Below are positions 13,206 to 25,485 of a stretch of 64,000 nucleotides of DNA, piece after piece (position 1 is the stretch's first letter; each line of letters opens with the position of its first letter). The notes below the pieces were generated by a model. It was not told where the DNA came from. It ran no database searches and saw only the letters and a list, made by a program, of their open reading frames with translations. Both the position numbers and the translations under genes were made by a program. The stretch is from Haliotis rubra (taxonomy: Eukaryota), in NCBI RefSeq assembly GCF_003918875.1, contig NW_025767247.1:372001-436000 (forward strand). Reading direction: 5' to 3'.

Positions 13206-13735
13206 ATCTTATCATTTCAGGGCCAAATTCAAATTTATGTAAAACTAGCTTGATAAAATCTTTTTAAACCGTGTCAAACGCTTTTTCAAAGTCAATCAGA
13301 ATAAGCAAACCAGAAATGTTTTGTTTCTTTGTTTCAAACATTATATCATATAGCAATCTTGTAGTTTCACTAATAGTCCTACCCGGTATAAAACCAGCTT
13401 GGTTAGAGTGAATAAGTTCGCCTAAAGTAGCTTTTAATCTATGTGCAATGCAGGAGCTGATAATTTTATGAATAGTAAAGTGATTGGCCTCTAGTAATTA
13501 AGTAATGTTTTATCTTTTTGGATTTTTGGAATACAGGTGATAACATCCCTTTTCATATTTAAAAACAATTATTTTTTTGTTGATACATCTTCAATAAATA
13601 AAGATCCACCTTTTTAAAATTTCTTAAAGAAATCAATAGGAAATCCATCAATCCCTGGGCTTTTATTATTCTTCATCCTGTAAACAGCCTTGTTACAGCC
13701 CTATGACTTACACCACAACAACTTTCTATCAACAG

Positions 13736-13823
13736 ATGAATATAGTAACGGGACTAACGCTTTGCCTGCTGCTGGCGGCGGCATCCACCCGACCGTCCCG
13801 GGTAAAGAGACAACTGGCTAGAG
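13736..13823 (+). CDS. Secreted Met/Gly/Pro-rich repeat protein, coding exon 1 (signal peptide and furin-type site)
   Basis: caacag|ATG; translates to MNIVTGLTLCLLLAAASTRPSRVKRQLAR-G|gtaaga; phase 1 matches the next exon. Confidence 0.75.
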
Positions 13824-14133
13824 GTAAGACCCAAACTCAGGTTCTCCCCGATACATGTTTCCTGACAATACCCATCTAATCATCTAATGCTGGCGTCCTT
13901 GGCATTGATGTTTCCTCCTCGTGACCAGTAATCGATGTTTTTGATGCTGTTATTACATAACTATTAGTACTTATACATGTATATTTCCTTACTGAGGACA
14001 GCGAGGTTGTGGATTACGTGGTCCCGGACAAGGAAGTAAGGCAAGGCGTGACCTGTCATTCAGATTTAAACTGTGATCAATTTCACTGTATCACACCTTG
14101 AGGGTTTTGACAGAACTCCAATGCTTCCTCCAG

Positions 14134-14616
14134 TGTTGTATATAACATGTACATACCATCCTGCCATGTTGTATATAACATGTACATACCATCCTGCCAT
14201 GTTGTATACAACATGTACATACCATACCATGTACCTGCCATGTTGTATATACCATGTACATACCATCCTGCCATGTTGTATATAACATGTACATACCATC
14301 CTGCCTTGTTGTATATAACATGTACATACCATCCTGCCATGTTGTATATAACCATGTACATACCATCCTGCCATGTTGTATATACCATGTACATACCATC
14401 CTGCCATGTTGTATATACCATGTACATACCATCCTGCCATGTTGTATTATACATACCATCCTGCCATGTTGTATATACCATGTACATACCATCCTGCCAT
14501 GTTGTATATACCATGTACATACCATCCTGCCATGTTGTATATAACATGTACATACCATCCTGCCATGTTGTATATAACATGTACATACCATCCTGCCATG
14601 TTGTATATACCATGTA
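14134..14616. repeat. 33-bp intronic minisatellite (tgttgtatataacatgtacataccatcctgcca)n
   Basis: About 14 copies. Confidence 0.95.
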
Positions 14617-16689
14617 CAGCAGGTAGAGTAATAAGGATGGGGTGAGGCATTGCGTATATGCATGTCAGAAGTGGTGAGTACTATGTTAGGAAACACTCCC
14701 ACAGCAGGTAGAGTGGCGATGGGGTGCGGCATTGCGATGCATGTCAGAAAGCAGTGGAGTACTATGTTAGGAAACACACGCTACAACAGGCTGAGTAAGG
14801 ATGGGGGTGAGGCATGTTGCGTGCATGTCCAGAGTAGTGAGTACAGTATGTTAGGAAACACTCCTTCGCTGCAGGCAGAGTCAAGATGGGTGTGCACCAT
14901 TGCTATGTGTATGTCATCGAAAGTATCCCTGCAGCGTATTATGTTATGGAAATACATCCACAGCAGGTAGAGTAAGGATGGGTGTGCTGGCATTGCGTGC
15001 ATGTCAGAAGTAGTGAGAGTACTATGTTAAGAAACACTCCCTACAGCAGGTGCATAGTAAGGATGGGGTGCGGCATTGCGTGCATGTCAGGAAGTGAGTG
15101 TGAGTACTATGTTAGGAAACACACGCTACAGCAGGCTGATGATAAGGATGGAGGTGAGGCATTGCGTGCATGTCAGAAGTAGTGAGTACTATGTTATAGA
15201 AACACTCGCCACAGCAGCAGAGAAATAAGGATGGGTGTGCGGCATTGCATATGCATGTCAGAAGTAGTGAGTACTATGTTAGGGAAACCTCCTACAGCAG
15301 GCTGAGTAAGGATACACGGGGTGCGGCATTGCGTGCATGTATCAGAAGAAGTGGGAGTACTATGTTAGGAAACACTCGCTACAGCAGGTAGAGTAAGGAT
15401 GGGGGTGAGGTATTGCGTGCATGTCAGAAGTAGTGAGTATATGTTAGGGAAACACTCCCTACAGCAGGCAGAATAAGGATAAAGGGGTGAGGCATTGCGT
15501 GCATGTAAAGTAGTGGAAGTACTATGTTAGGAAACACTCCCTACAGCAGGCCTGAGTGGGATGGGGGAAGCGGGGTGGGTGCATGTCACGGCAGTGGTGC
15601 AGTACTATGTTAGGAAACACTCGCTACAGCAGGTGAGAGTAAGGATGGGGTGAGGGTATTGCGTGCATGTCAGAAGTGTGAGTACTATGTTAGGAAACAC
15701 TCCCTACAGCAGGCAGAAAGTAAGGATGGGGGGTGAGGCATTGCGTGCATGTCAGAAGTAGTGAGTACTATGTTAGGAAACACTCGCTACAGCAGGTAGA
15801 GTAAGGATGGGGGTGAGGCATTGCGTGCATGTCAGAAGTGGTGAGTACTATGTTAGGAAACACTCCCTACAGCAGGTAGAGTAAGGATGGGGGTGAGGCA
15901 TTGCGTGCATGTCAGAAGTAGTGAGTACTATGTTAGGAAACACTTCCTACAGCAGGTAGAGTAAGGATGGGGGTGAGGCATTGCGTGCATGTCAGAAGTG
16001 GTGAGTACTATGTTAGGAAACACTCGCTACAGCAGGTAGAGTAAGGATGGGGGTGAGGCATTGCGTGCATGTCAGAAGTAGTGAGTACTATGTTAGGAAA
16101 CACACGCTAGAGCAGGTAGAGTAAGGATGGGGTGAGGCATGTTGCGTGCAGGTGATCAGAAGTAGTCAGAAGTAGTGAGTACTATGTTAGGAAACACACG
16201 CTAGAGCAGGTAGAGTAAGGATGGGGGTGAGGCATTGCGTGCATGTCAGAAGTGGTGAGTACTATGTTAGGAAACACTCGCTACAGCAGGTAGAGTAAGG
16301 ATGGGGGTGAGGCATTGCGTGCATGTCAGAAGTAGTGAGTACTATGTTAGGAAACACACGCTACAGCAGGTAGAGTAAGGATGGGGGTGCGGCATTGCGT
16401 GCATGTCAGAAGTGGTGAGTACTATGTTAGGAAACACTCCCTACAGCAGGTAGAGTAAGGATGGGTGTGCGGCATTGCGTGCATGTCAGAAGTGGTGAGT
16501 ACTATGTTAGGAAACACTCCCTACAGCAGGCTGAGTAAGGATGGGGGTTAGGCATTGCGTGCATGTCAGAAGTGGTGAGTACTATGTTAGGAAACACACG
16601 CTAGAGCAGGTAGAGTAAGGATGGGGGTGAGGCATTGCGTGCATGTCAGAAGTAGTGAGTACTATGTTAGGAAACACTCGCTACAGCAG
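14617..16689. repeat. 80-bp intronic minisatellite, about 26 copies
   Basis: Period 80 (e.g. 15781, 15861, 15941); the 5' half is indel-rich; ends 40 bp before the exon acceptor. Confidence 0.95.
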
Positions 16690-16728
16690 TCAAGTGAGAA
16701 GATTAACACCCAACACCTCACATTCCAG

Positions 16729-17862
16729 ATGCACCAAAGACGGAAGAATCGTCAAAGGATCCTGCCAAGGATGCTGTCCCTAATCCGTTCGCCATGGGTG
16801 GTGCCCGGCTTGGGTCTGGTATGGAAATGCCAGAGATGGGAGGTCTTCAGCGTCACGGAATGCCCGAGGGAGGTCCCCCCATGATGCCCATTGGAGAGGG
16901 TATGCCCGGACTACCACGGGGGGACGTGTTTGGGGGTCCTATGGGAATGCCAGGTGGGTCACTGATGGGCCAAGTGCCACCCCAAGGAACTGACCAGAAC
17001 GGAACAGAGAATGGATTACCTCCATCTTTGTTTGGGGAGCCAATGCAAATGCCAATAGGAATGCAAGGTCATGGAATACCTCCTTCAATGATGGCCCAAG
17101 GAATGCAAGGTCTCGGAATGCCTCCTTCAATGATGGCCCAAGCAATGCAAGGTCATGGAATGCCTCCATCAATGATGGCCCAAGGAATGCAAGGTCATGG
17201 AATGCCTCCTTCAATGATGGTCCAAGGAATGCAAGGTCATGGAATGCCTCCTTCAATGATGGCCCAAGGAATGCAAGGTCATGGTTTGCCTCCATCAATG
17301 ATGTCCCAAGGAATGCAAGGTCACGGAATGCCTCCTTCAATGATGGCCCAAGGAATGCAAGGTCACGGAATGCCTCCTTCAATGATGGCCCAAGGAATGC
17401 AAGGTCATGGTTTGCCTCCATCAATGATGGTCCAAGAAATGCAAGGTCATGGAATGCCTCCTTCAATGATGGCCCAAGGAATGCAAGGTCATGGGATGCC
17501 TCCTTCAATGATGGCCCAAGGAATGCAAGGTCATGGGATGCCTCCTTCAATGATGGCCCAAGGAATGCAAGCACAGCCCATGCCTACCAGTATGCCTGGG
17601 CAACCACCTATACCTGGTATGCGAGGGGGCTTGTCACCAATGATGTTGCGTATGATGGCTAGACAAAGAGCTAGTCGCATGATGGCATCTGGATTGTCTC
17701 CGGTGATGCGTCCTGGTATGTCTCCACGGATGCCCAAGGCAACAGTAGCTGAAGATAAGGAAGGCAAGAAAGATCACAAAGGTCCATCTCCATCCCCCGG
17801 GATGCCGCCAATGAATACGTTGCGTGGTCAGCCAATGCCTCCGACGATGGGGCGAATGGCAG
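16729..17862 (+). CDS. Secreted Met/Gly/Pro-rich repeat protein, coding exon 2 (12 x GMQGHGMPPSMMAQ)
   Basis: ttccag|AT acceptor and GCA G|gtaaga donor, phase 1-1, 1134 nt open; the 42-bp repeats at 17058-17570 carry several synonymous variants. Confidence 0.88.
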
Positions 17863-18199
17863 GTAAGACAACTTGAGAGTAATGAACTATCTGGAAACGT
17901 GTTTAATTTCAGTAACAAAAGCAAGCATCTGTGTTAGTATATATCAACATCATTATCACTAGTAGTAAGATGAGCATATCTGGCTTATCGACGGTAGCAC
18001 TAGCATTTCCAACCATCTTATAAAATGTCATTATAACCTCAGTGCTAGCTGCAGCAACCTTTATGAAGGTAGTCCCTTATACAGAGATGGTACATTATAC
18101 AGTAATGATTTCCTGTCCCTATGTCTCTCACTGTGAGACGGTTGGCCCTCACTCGTGCCAGTGTTCTGCACAATGTATCGGTAGGTGTGCGTGTTTCAG

Positions 18200-18308
18200 G
18201 TAACGGCGATGCCCAACTCACCGTGGCGAAGTTACTGGACTTCGAGAGTCAGATAGACGACATCAGGAAGGCAGTACTCGGCAGCTTCTACAAGGATCTC
18301 CTCCAGTT
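18200..18308 (+). CDS. Secreted Met-rich repeat protein, coding exon 3
   Basis: tttcag|GT acceptor, TT|gtaagt donor; GNGDAQLTVAKLLDFESQIDDIRKAVLGSFYKDLLQ; phase 1-2. Confidence 0.82.
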
Positions 18309-18787
18309 GTAAGTGCACGATGTTGAGGATCTATCGACAGTATTATAAGTACATACAGTGAACACAACTTCATCTGTTTGTAAATTTTGAGGATCTGCAC
18401 AGAGATTATTACAGAAATATGTTGGACTTGTTTTGTCTCTAACGGGCCGTGGTAAAAGTCAAAAGCAAATATCCACTAAATTAATGCTTTGATTGTTCCC
18501 GATGTTTGTTGTTGGCGCTAGCAAAACACCCATAGAAAATACGCATCGTGTTTATATACAGAGACCCAATTTACTCTCTCACACTGGACCCACACAGACA
18601 TGTCAACTCAGCTTTCTCAGTAGATCGGGGACCTGCCACTGATGACATCGGTTGATGCAGCAGATATGCTGTCGTCGCCAGGATCCTGTCTGCCCACATC
18701 AATCCCTTACGCGCACGCAAGCACATACACACAGACACATTCCCAAAGTTTATCCTCAGTATATTCACAGTGTTCCCCTCGTTTCAG

Positions 18788-19019
18788 CCGTGCTATCTCC
18801 AAGGTGTACCGCCTTAAGATGATGTCGAAGCTCGCCCTGGTGAAGGAGTTGGAGGGGCGGATCGCGATGCCCGTGAGAAACATCATGGCCTTGAAGAACA
18901 CCGAGGTCCCCCTCCCAGGGCAACCCCGCCATCGGCCAGCGATGCCAGGGCTACCCCAGGCTATGGAAGGCATCGTAGTGGAGGGTCCCGGAATGACACA
19001 TGCACAAAGACCTTTCTAG
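18788..19019 (+). CDS. Secreted Met-rich repeat protein, terminal exon
   Basis: ttcccctcgtttcag|C acceptor in phase 2; (F)RAISKVYRLKMMSKLALVKELEGR...HAQRPF*; the four exons total 1563 nt = 520 aa plus stop. Confidence 0.8.
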
Positions 19020-19202
19020 AGCCACACAATAACACATTTCGCTCTCGCTGGTTATTCCGAAAGTTTGTCCTTACTTTCTTGTATCATTTTTTTCCATCTT
19101 TAAACACAAGTACAAGAGTCCAACTGATTACTTCTGAAACATAGCTAAGCATCGTTAATGATTATTACATACTCAGTGTCCTGTATCATGTAACCTTGAC
19201 GC

Positions 19203-19208
19203 AATAAA
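19203..19208 (+). terminator. Polyadenylation signal AATAAA of the Met-rich gene
   Basis: First AATAAA after the stop, about 180 nt downstream. Confidence 0.6.
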
Positions 19209-19499
19209 ACTCGATAACGTCCCGAAGTCTAACTTCCCTTTGTCACTGTCTAATGAAGTCGAATATTGCAAATTTGGATACAACCAATTAAAACACCAGC
19301 AGAGGCCATGTATGTTCATGTTCTTGCAATACCCAGTATCGCTTTGGGGCTTGACCAGCGGCTGAAGCCGAAGGAGGTCATCACATTTGGCTTCACACGT
19401 GATTCATACGTCGATTGATTCATACGTTGATTGATCCAGGCTGTGATTCACACGTTCATCCATGCGTTCTAAGCTTCACAGAGAAGGAATTGCAGAATA

Positions 19500-19690
19500 A
19501 TGAAACACTTAAATCTTGTTGTGTATGTACAGATTGTTGTGTTGAGACATGGTGGCAGTGGTAATTCCCCGTACCATCCACAATCACAAGTCGTTGCAAG
19601 AATGTTTTTGGATCAACTTCAAACATAGACAGATTATCACGAAACATATTTTAGCCTGTTTGGTATTTGTGAGATATCATGAACATATTG
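19500..19690 (-). mobile_element. Mariner-type transposase remnant
   Basis: NLSMFEVDPKTFLQRLVIVDGT...STQQS resembles the mariner motif FLxRxVTxDETWxH...ETKQQS. Confidence 0.55.
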
Positions 19691-19817
19691 ATCTCGTCCC
19701 CATAACCGAAGAAATATAGTGTAACGTAATAGTATAACGTATAGTGTAACGTATAGTGTAACGTATAGTGTAACGTATTCCTGGGGGATGCCTCCTGAAC
19801 ACCTGATGGCTTGTTTA

Positions 19818-20558
19818 CACAGGCCTTCTATATACGTCTACTACAGGCCTTCTATATACGTCTACTATTCTACCGGGGAGGCCTCCTGAACACCTGATGG
19901 CTTGTTTACACAGGCCTTCTATATACGTCTACTACAGGCCTTCTATATACGTCTACTACAGGCCTTCTATAAACGTCTACTACAGGCCTTCTATATACGT
20001 CTACTACAGCCCTTCTACACACGTCTACTACAGGCCTTCTATATACGTCTACTACAGGCCCTTCTACAGCCCTTATATATCTACTTCTACAGGCCTTCTA
20101 TATACGTCTACTACAGGCCTCTTCTATATATGCGTCTACTACAGTCTACTACAGGCCTTCTATATACGTCTACACTACAGTCTACCCTTCTATATACTTC
20201 TACTACAGCCTTCTATCTACAGCCCTTCTATATACATCTACTAGACTTCTATATACGTCTACTACAGGCCTTCTATATACGTCTACTACAGCCCTTCTAT
20301 ATACGTCTACTACAGCCCTTCTATATACGTCTACTACAGGCCTTCTATATACATCTACTACAGCCCTTCTATATACTTCTACTACAGGCCTTCTATATAC
20401 GTCTACTACAGGCCTTCTATATACTTCTACTACAGGCCTTCTATATACGTCTACTACAGGCCTTCTATATACGTCTACTACAGGCCTTCTATATACGTCT
20501 ACTACAGGCCTTCTATATACTTCTACTACAGGCCTTCTATATACGTCTACTACAGGCC
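19818..20558. repeat. 24-bp minisatellite (ctactacaggccttctatatacgt)n
   Basis: Direct tandem copies. Confidence 0.93.
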
Positions 20559-20570
20559 TCTCTAGATCTA

Positions 20571-22118
20571 TAAACTATAGGAGCGAAAGAAACGTCCCTT
20601 CTAGTAAAGGTGTAAAAACATTTTCTTCTGTTTCGTTATGACGGAAATTTATTTAGGAACACATCTCCCGAACGCATCCCCACGTCTCACAGAAGGAAAT
20701 CCACGTGGGTTTTTGTAAGTAAGCATGAAAATTGCTTTTATTCACGTTTTTGCATGCTTCTGTTGAAACATACCCGTATGAAAGTACAGTATAAAGATTA
20801 TGCTCGACTGTTCAGATTCATCACTTCAATACGTTGGACACAAAGGAACATGCCCCTCGACTGCACGGCGGAACAGAGGAACGAGCTATTGGGATGTTGC
20901 GGCTGGGTGCTTCTCACGGTCACGTTGCAAGAATCATGGGTTGCAGCAAGAAACCATCACCAGACTGATGACACGCTTCAGAACAACAGGTCGGACTGCA
21001 GACAGGCCGAGGACACGGGGAGACCACCCATGTAACCACCCTCATGAAGACCGCCATTTACGGGTGCTTCACTTGCGCAACAGATTCCTGACTGTGACGT
21101 CATCAGCAACAACCAGCCTTACCCATCCAGTCGGTAGAAGGACCATATCCAGACGACTCCGCCGATTCGGTATCAGAGCCTACAGACCATTCCGGGGCGT
21201 GACGTTAACGCGTGAACATCGACGTCGTCGATTGGCTTTGGGCGTAGAGTTCGGCAGTGGCAGCCCGCGGAACTGGCGCCGGGTACTCTTCAGTGACGAG
21301 AGCCGCTTCCAGTTGAACAAAGCTGATGGTCGGGTGCGAGTCACCAGACGTCGGAACGAACGCACAGCACGTTGTTGCGTTCAGGAAGTTGAGACGTTTG
21401 GCGGCGGTAGTGTGATGGTTATGGGGATTTGTGGCGAGAGGAAGACTGGCTTGTTGGTGATAGAGGGAAACCTGAATGCCCGTCGATGCGGTATTGTTTG
21501 TTTACGACCTGTCGTGTTACCCTTCCTCCAGCAGAATCGAGGCGTGTTGTTTCAGCAGGATAACGCTACTCCCCACACTGCTGTTGTTACCCGGAACTTC
21601 CTGAACAACAACTTAACGTAAACGTCGTTCCTTGGCCAGCAAGATCCCCGATTTATCACCTATTGAGCACCTATGGGATCATCTCGGCCGTCAGGTTAAG
21701 CAACGTCAACATCCCCACAGACAAGAAACGCTTTGGCTCCAAGCTCTGGGAAGAATGGCGTCGCATCCCACATCACGTGATCAGACGTCTTGTGCACTCT
21801 GCACGACGTCGTGTGGCAGCATGTAATATCGCTGCAAGAGGTGGATTACACTCGCTACTGAGGAGTTGGACACTCAAAGACACTCTGTCAGTACTGATGT
21901 GCATGTGTTGTCGCCGATCGAAAGCCGGACATTTGAACCTCCTGTGAAAAACGTCACAAAACTCTACTTACAGCAAATTGTTTCAATTGTTCTGTAATGA
22001 CAGTCTGCATAATGTGTTCAAAAAAATATATCAAACATTTCAGCATTGAATTGCACGTGTTTGTATCATTTTATGATACAAAAATGATCGGGGACGTTTC
22101 TTTTTTGCCCCTCGGTTT
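20571..22118 (+). mobile_element. Tc1-family DNA transposon with a frameshifted transposase (about 20800-21860)
   Basis: FSDESRF, FQQDNATPH and PDLSPIEHLW catalytic motifs; imperfect TIR core aaagaaacgtccc (about 20586) / gggacgtttcttt (about 22091). Confidence 0.9.
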
Positions 22119-22120
22119 TG

Positions 22121-25100
22121 CTTCTACTACAGGCCTTGTAGCACGCTATTACAGATCGATGTACAGACCACTACAGGTCTTGTATACACTACTACAGGTC
22201 TTGTACACTACTACATGACTTGTACACACTACTACAGATCGTGTTAGCCTTGTATACATTACTACAGGTTTTGTACACGCCACTAAAGGCCATACACACT
22301 ACTACAGGTCTTGTACACTTACTTTCACACACTACTAAGGCCTTGTACACACTACCACAGGCCTTGTACACACTACTACACGGATCTTTATTTTGTACGC
22401 CACTTACTACTGAAGGCCTTGGTCTTGTACACTACTACGGGTAAAGCTTGTACACACTACTACCAAGGTCTTGTATAATCACTACTACAGGTTTTGTACA
22501 CGCCACTAAAGGCCATACACACTACTGAAGGCCTTGTACACAATACTACAGGCCTTGTACACTACTACAGGTTTTGTACACGCCACTAAAGGCCATATAT
22601 AACACTACATTAACTTACTACTACAGGCCTTGTAGGTCTTGTACACAATACTACATGCCTTGTATACTACTACAGGTTTTGTACACGCCACTAAAGGCCA
22701 TACACACACACTACTGAAGGCCATTGTACACAATACTACAGGTCTTACTTGAAGGCCTTGTACACAATACTACAGGCCTTGTATACTACTACAGGTTTTG
22801 TACACGCCACTAAAGGCCATACACACACTACTGAAGGCCTTGTACACAATACTACAGGTCTTGTATACTACTACAGATTTTGTACACGCCACTAAAGGCC
22901 ATACACACACTACTGAAGGCCTTGTACACAATACAACTACTACTACTTATAATGCATATTTATATGTGCGCCCAATCCACCTCGACAGACATGCTCAAGG
23001 CGCTACAGAGTCAAGTATGTACATATGTACAGAAGTAATACAAGAGCACATTCAGGGAGATACTGCTGGAAGAAGTAGGTTTTAAGTTTGGACTTGAACA
23101 AGTCGAAATTGTCAATCGTTTTGAGGTCATAAGGAAGAGAGTTCCAGAGAGTAGGGGCTGCATAGGTGAAAGAACGCTGTCCAAAAGTTTTCAGTCTGAA
23201 GGAAGGCACAGTGAGAAGATCCTGGCTGTTGGAACGAAGATTGCGTGAATTGGAGTATGGTGACAACATGTTAGACAAGTATTGGGGAGCAAGACCGTGC
23301 TTGGCTTTGTAGGTCAGACACAGTATCTTATGCTCGATCCTGGCTTTGATGGACAACCAGTGAAGCTCCTTCAGTACTGGCTTGATATGGCAGCGTTTAG
23401 GGAGACGATAAACGATGCGGGCAGAAGGGTTTGGGATTTTCTGGAGTCTGTCACAGAGTGTTTGAGGAATGTCAAACAATTCACTGTTGCAATAATCCAA
23501 TCTTGAGGTTATGGGGGCTCTGACGGGATGGGTAGCAGCCACTGAGAGATAGGGACGGATGTTACTGATGGAACGAAGGTGAAAATGGCAGGTTTTGCAG
23601 ATCTGAGAGACTTGAGCTTCCATCGAAAGTGAGGAGTCAAGGACAATACCAAGGTCTTTTGCAGTGGAACAGATAGGGATGGCAGCATCAGCTATTGTCA
23701 CAGGTCTTGTACACTACTACAGGTCTTGTACAATACTACAGGTTTTGTACACGCCATTAAAGGCCATCGACACACTACTGAAGGCCTTGTACACAATACT
23801 ACAGGTCTTGTACACTACTACAGGATTCATACACGCCACTAAAGGCCATACACACACTACTGAAGGCTTTGTACACAATACTACATGCCTTGTATACTAC
23901 TACAGGTTTTGTACACGCCACAAAAGGCCATACACACACTACTGAAGGTCTTGTACACAATACTACAGGTTTTGTACACTACTACATGACTTGTGAACAC
24001 TACTACAGGTCTTGTACACTACTACAGGTCTTGTACACACTACTACACTACAGGTCTAGTCTTGTACACTACTACAGGTCTTGTACACTACTACATGACT
24101 TGTACACACTACTACAGGTCTTGTACACTACTACGGGTCTTGTACACACTACTACAAGTCTTGTATACACTGCTACAGGTCTTGTATACACTACTACAGG
24201 TCTTGTACACTACTACAGGTCTTGTATACACTACTACAGGTCTTGTACACTACTACAGGTCTTGTATACACTGCTACAGGTCTTGTTTTACAGGTATACA
24301 CTACTACAGGTCTTGTCTTGTACACTACTACAGGTCTTGTATACACTACTACGGGTCTTGTACACTACTACAGGTCTTGTATACACTACTACAGGTCTTG
24401 TACACTACTACGGGTCTACATGGCCTTCTTTGCCCTATTCATGGCCTCCTGTACACTACTCCTGGCCTTCTTTACACTACTACTGGTCTTCTGTACACTA
24501 CCCTGGTCTTGTACACTACTACTGGTCTTGTATACACTACTACAGGTCTTGTACACTACTACAGGTCTTGTACACCTTCTGGCCTCTCTGTACACTACAG
24601 GTCTTGTACACCTGGCCTTCTTTGCCCTATTCATGGCCTCCTGTACACTACTCCTGGCCTTCTTTGCACTACTCCTGACCTTCTGTACACTACCCCTGGC
24701 CTTCTGTACACTACTCCTGGCCTTCTTGACATTACTTCTGGCATTCTGTACACTACCCCTGGCCTTCTGTACACTGCTCCTTGCCTTCTATACACTGCTC
24801 CTTGCCTTCTGTACACTACTTCTGGCATTCTGTACACTACTCCTGGCCTTCTGTACACTACTACTGGCCTTCTGTTCACTACTTCTGGCATTCTGTACAC
24901 TGCTCCTGGCCTTCTGTACACTGCTCCTTGCCTTCTATACACTATTCCTGGCCTTCTGTACACTGCTCCTTGCCTTCTGTACACTGCTCCTGGCCTTCTG
25001 TACACTACTACTGGCCTTCTGTTCACTACTTCTGGCATTCTGTACACTACTCCTTGCCTTCTCTGTACTTATCCTGGCCTTCTCTGCACTTATACTACTC

Positions 25101-25389
25101 ATGGCCTTCTCTACACTACTCATGGCCTTCTGTACACTACTCCTTGCCTTCTGTACACTACTCCTTGCCTTCTCTGTACTTATCCTGGCCTTCTCTGCTC
25201 TTGTACTACTCATGGCCTTCTCTACACCACTCCTGGCCTTCTGTACACTACTCCTTGCCTTCTGTACACTACTCCTTGCCTTCTCTGTACTTATCATGGC
25301 CTTCTCTGCACTTGTACTACTCATGGCCTTCTCTACACTACTCCTGGCCTTCTCTACACTACTCCTTGCCTTCTGTACACTACTACAGG
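22121..25389. repeat. 19-21-bp minisatellite family drifting from ctactacaggtcttgtacaca to ctactcctggccttctgtaca
   Basis: Tandem units with a polar change of consensus; interrupted by a LINE fragment. Confidence 0.93.
22936..23698 (-). mobile_element. 5'-truncated L2/CR1-clade LINE 3' end
   Basis: KDLGIVLDSSLSM, ITSRLDYCNS, LKELHWL, RSFTYAAPTLWNSLP, FKSKLKTYFF; (AGT)n tail. Confidence 0.9.
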
Positions 25390-25485
25390 TGAAATAATCT
25401 CCTCTTGGGTGACGATGATGGACTACATGAGCGACTGGAAATACAGTTTACATATCCAAGGCGGCGAGATGACACCAGTTTATAC

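Larger units (their letters stand above)
10598..13693 (-). mobile_element. Degenerate 5'-truncated L1/Tx1-clade LINE with nested insertions
   Basis: RT fragments (MKNNKSPGIDGFPIDF, NQAGFIPG, FEKAFDTV, GKITIIKTLAISK, FIWNDKIDK..EGGL, CCFC); A-rich 3' end near 10598; 17-bp TSD-like pair tacagccttgtgactta (10581-10597) and tacagccctatgactta (13694-13710). Confidence 0.85.

Noticed and set aside
13997-14035. Possible extra exon DSEVVDYVVPDKE|gtaagg
   Set aside because: Weak GAG acceptor, and phase 0-0 is incompatible with the flanking phase-1 junctions
14617-16689. CRISPR-like array (also considered for 32995-34149 and 54594-63490)
   Set aside because: Head-to-tail units with no unique spacers, no cas genes, eukaryotic context
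16794-17876. Stand-alone 360-aa ORF
   Set aside because: It is the interior of exon 16729-17862, with canonical splice sites and in-phase neighbouring exons
18760-18787. Alternative acceptors at 18759 and 18770 for the last exon
   Set aside because: Wrong phase for the long terminal frame; the 18787 acceptor has a better pyrimidine tract and restores the frame
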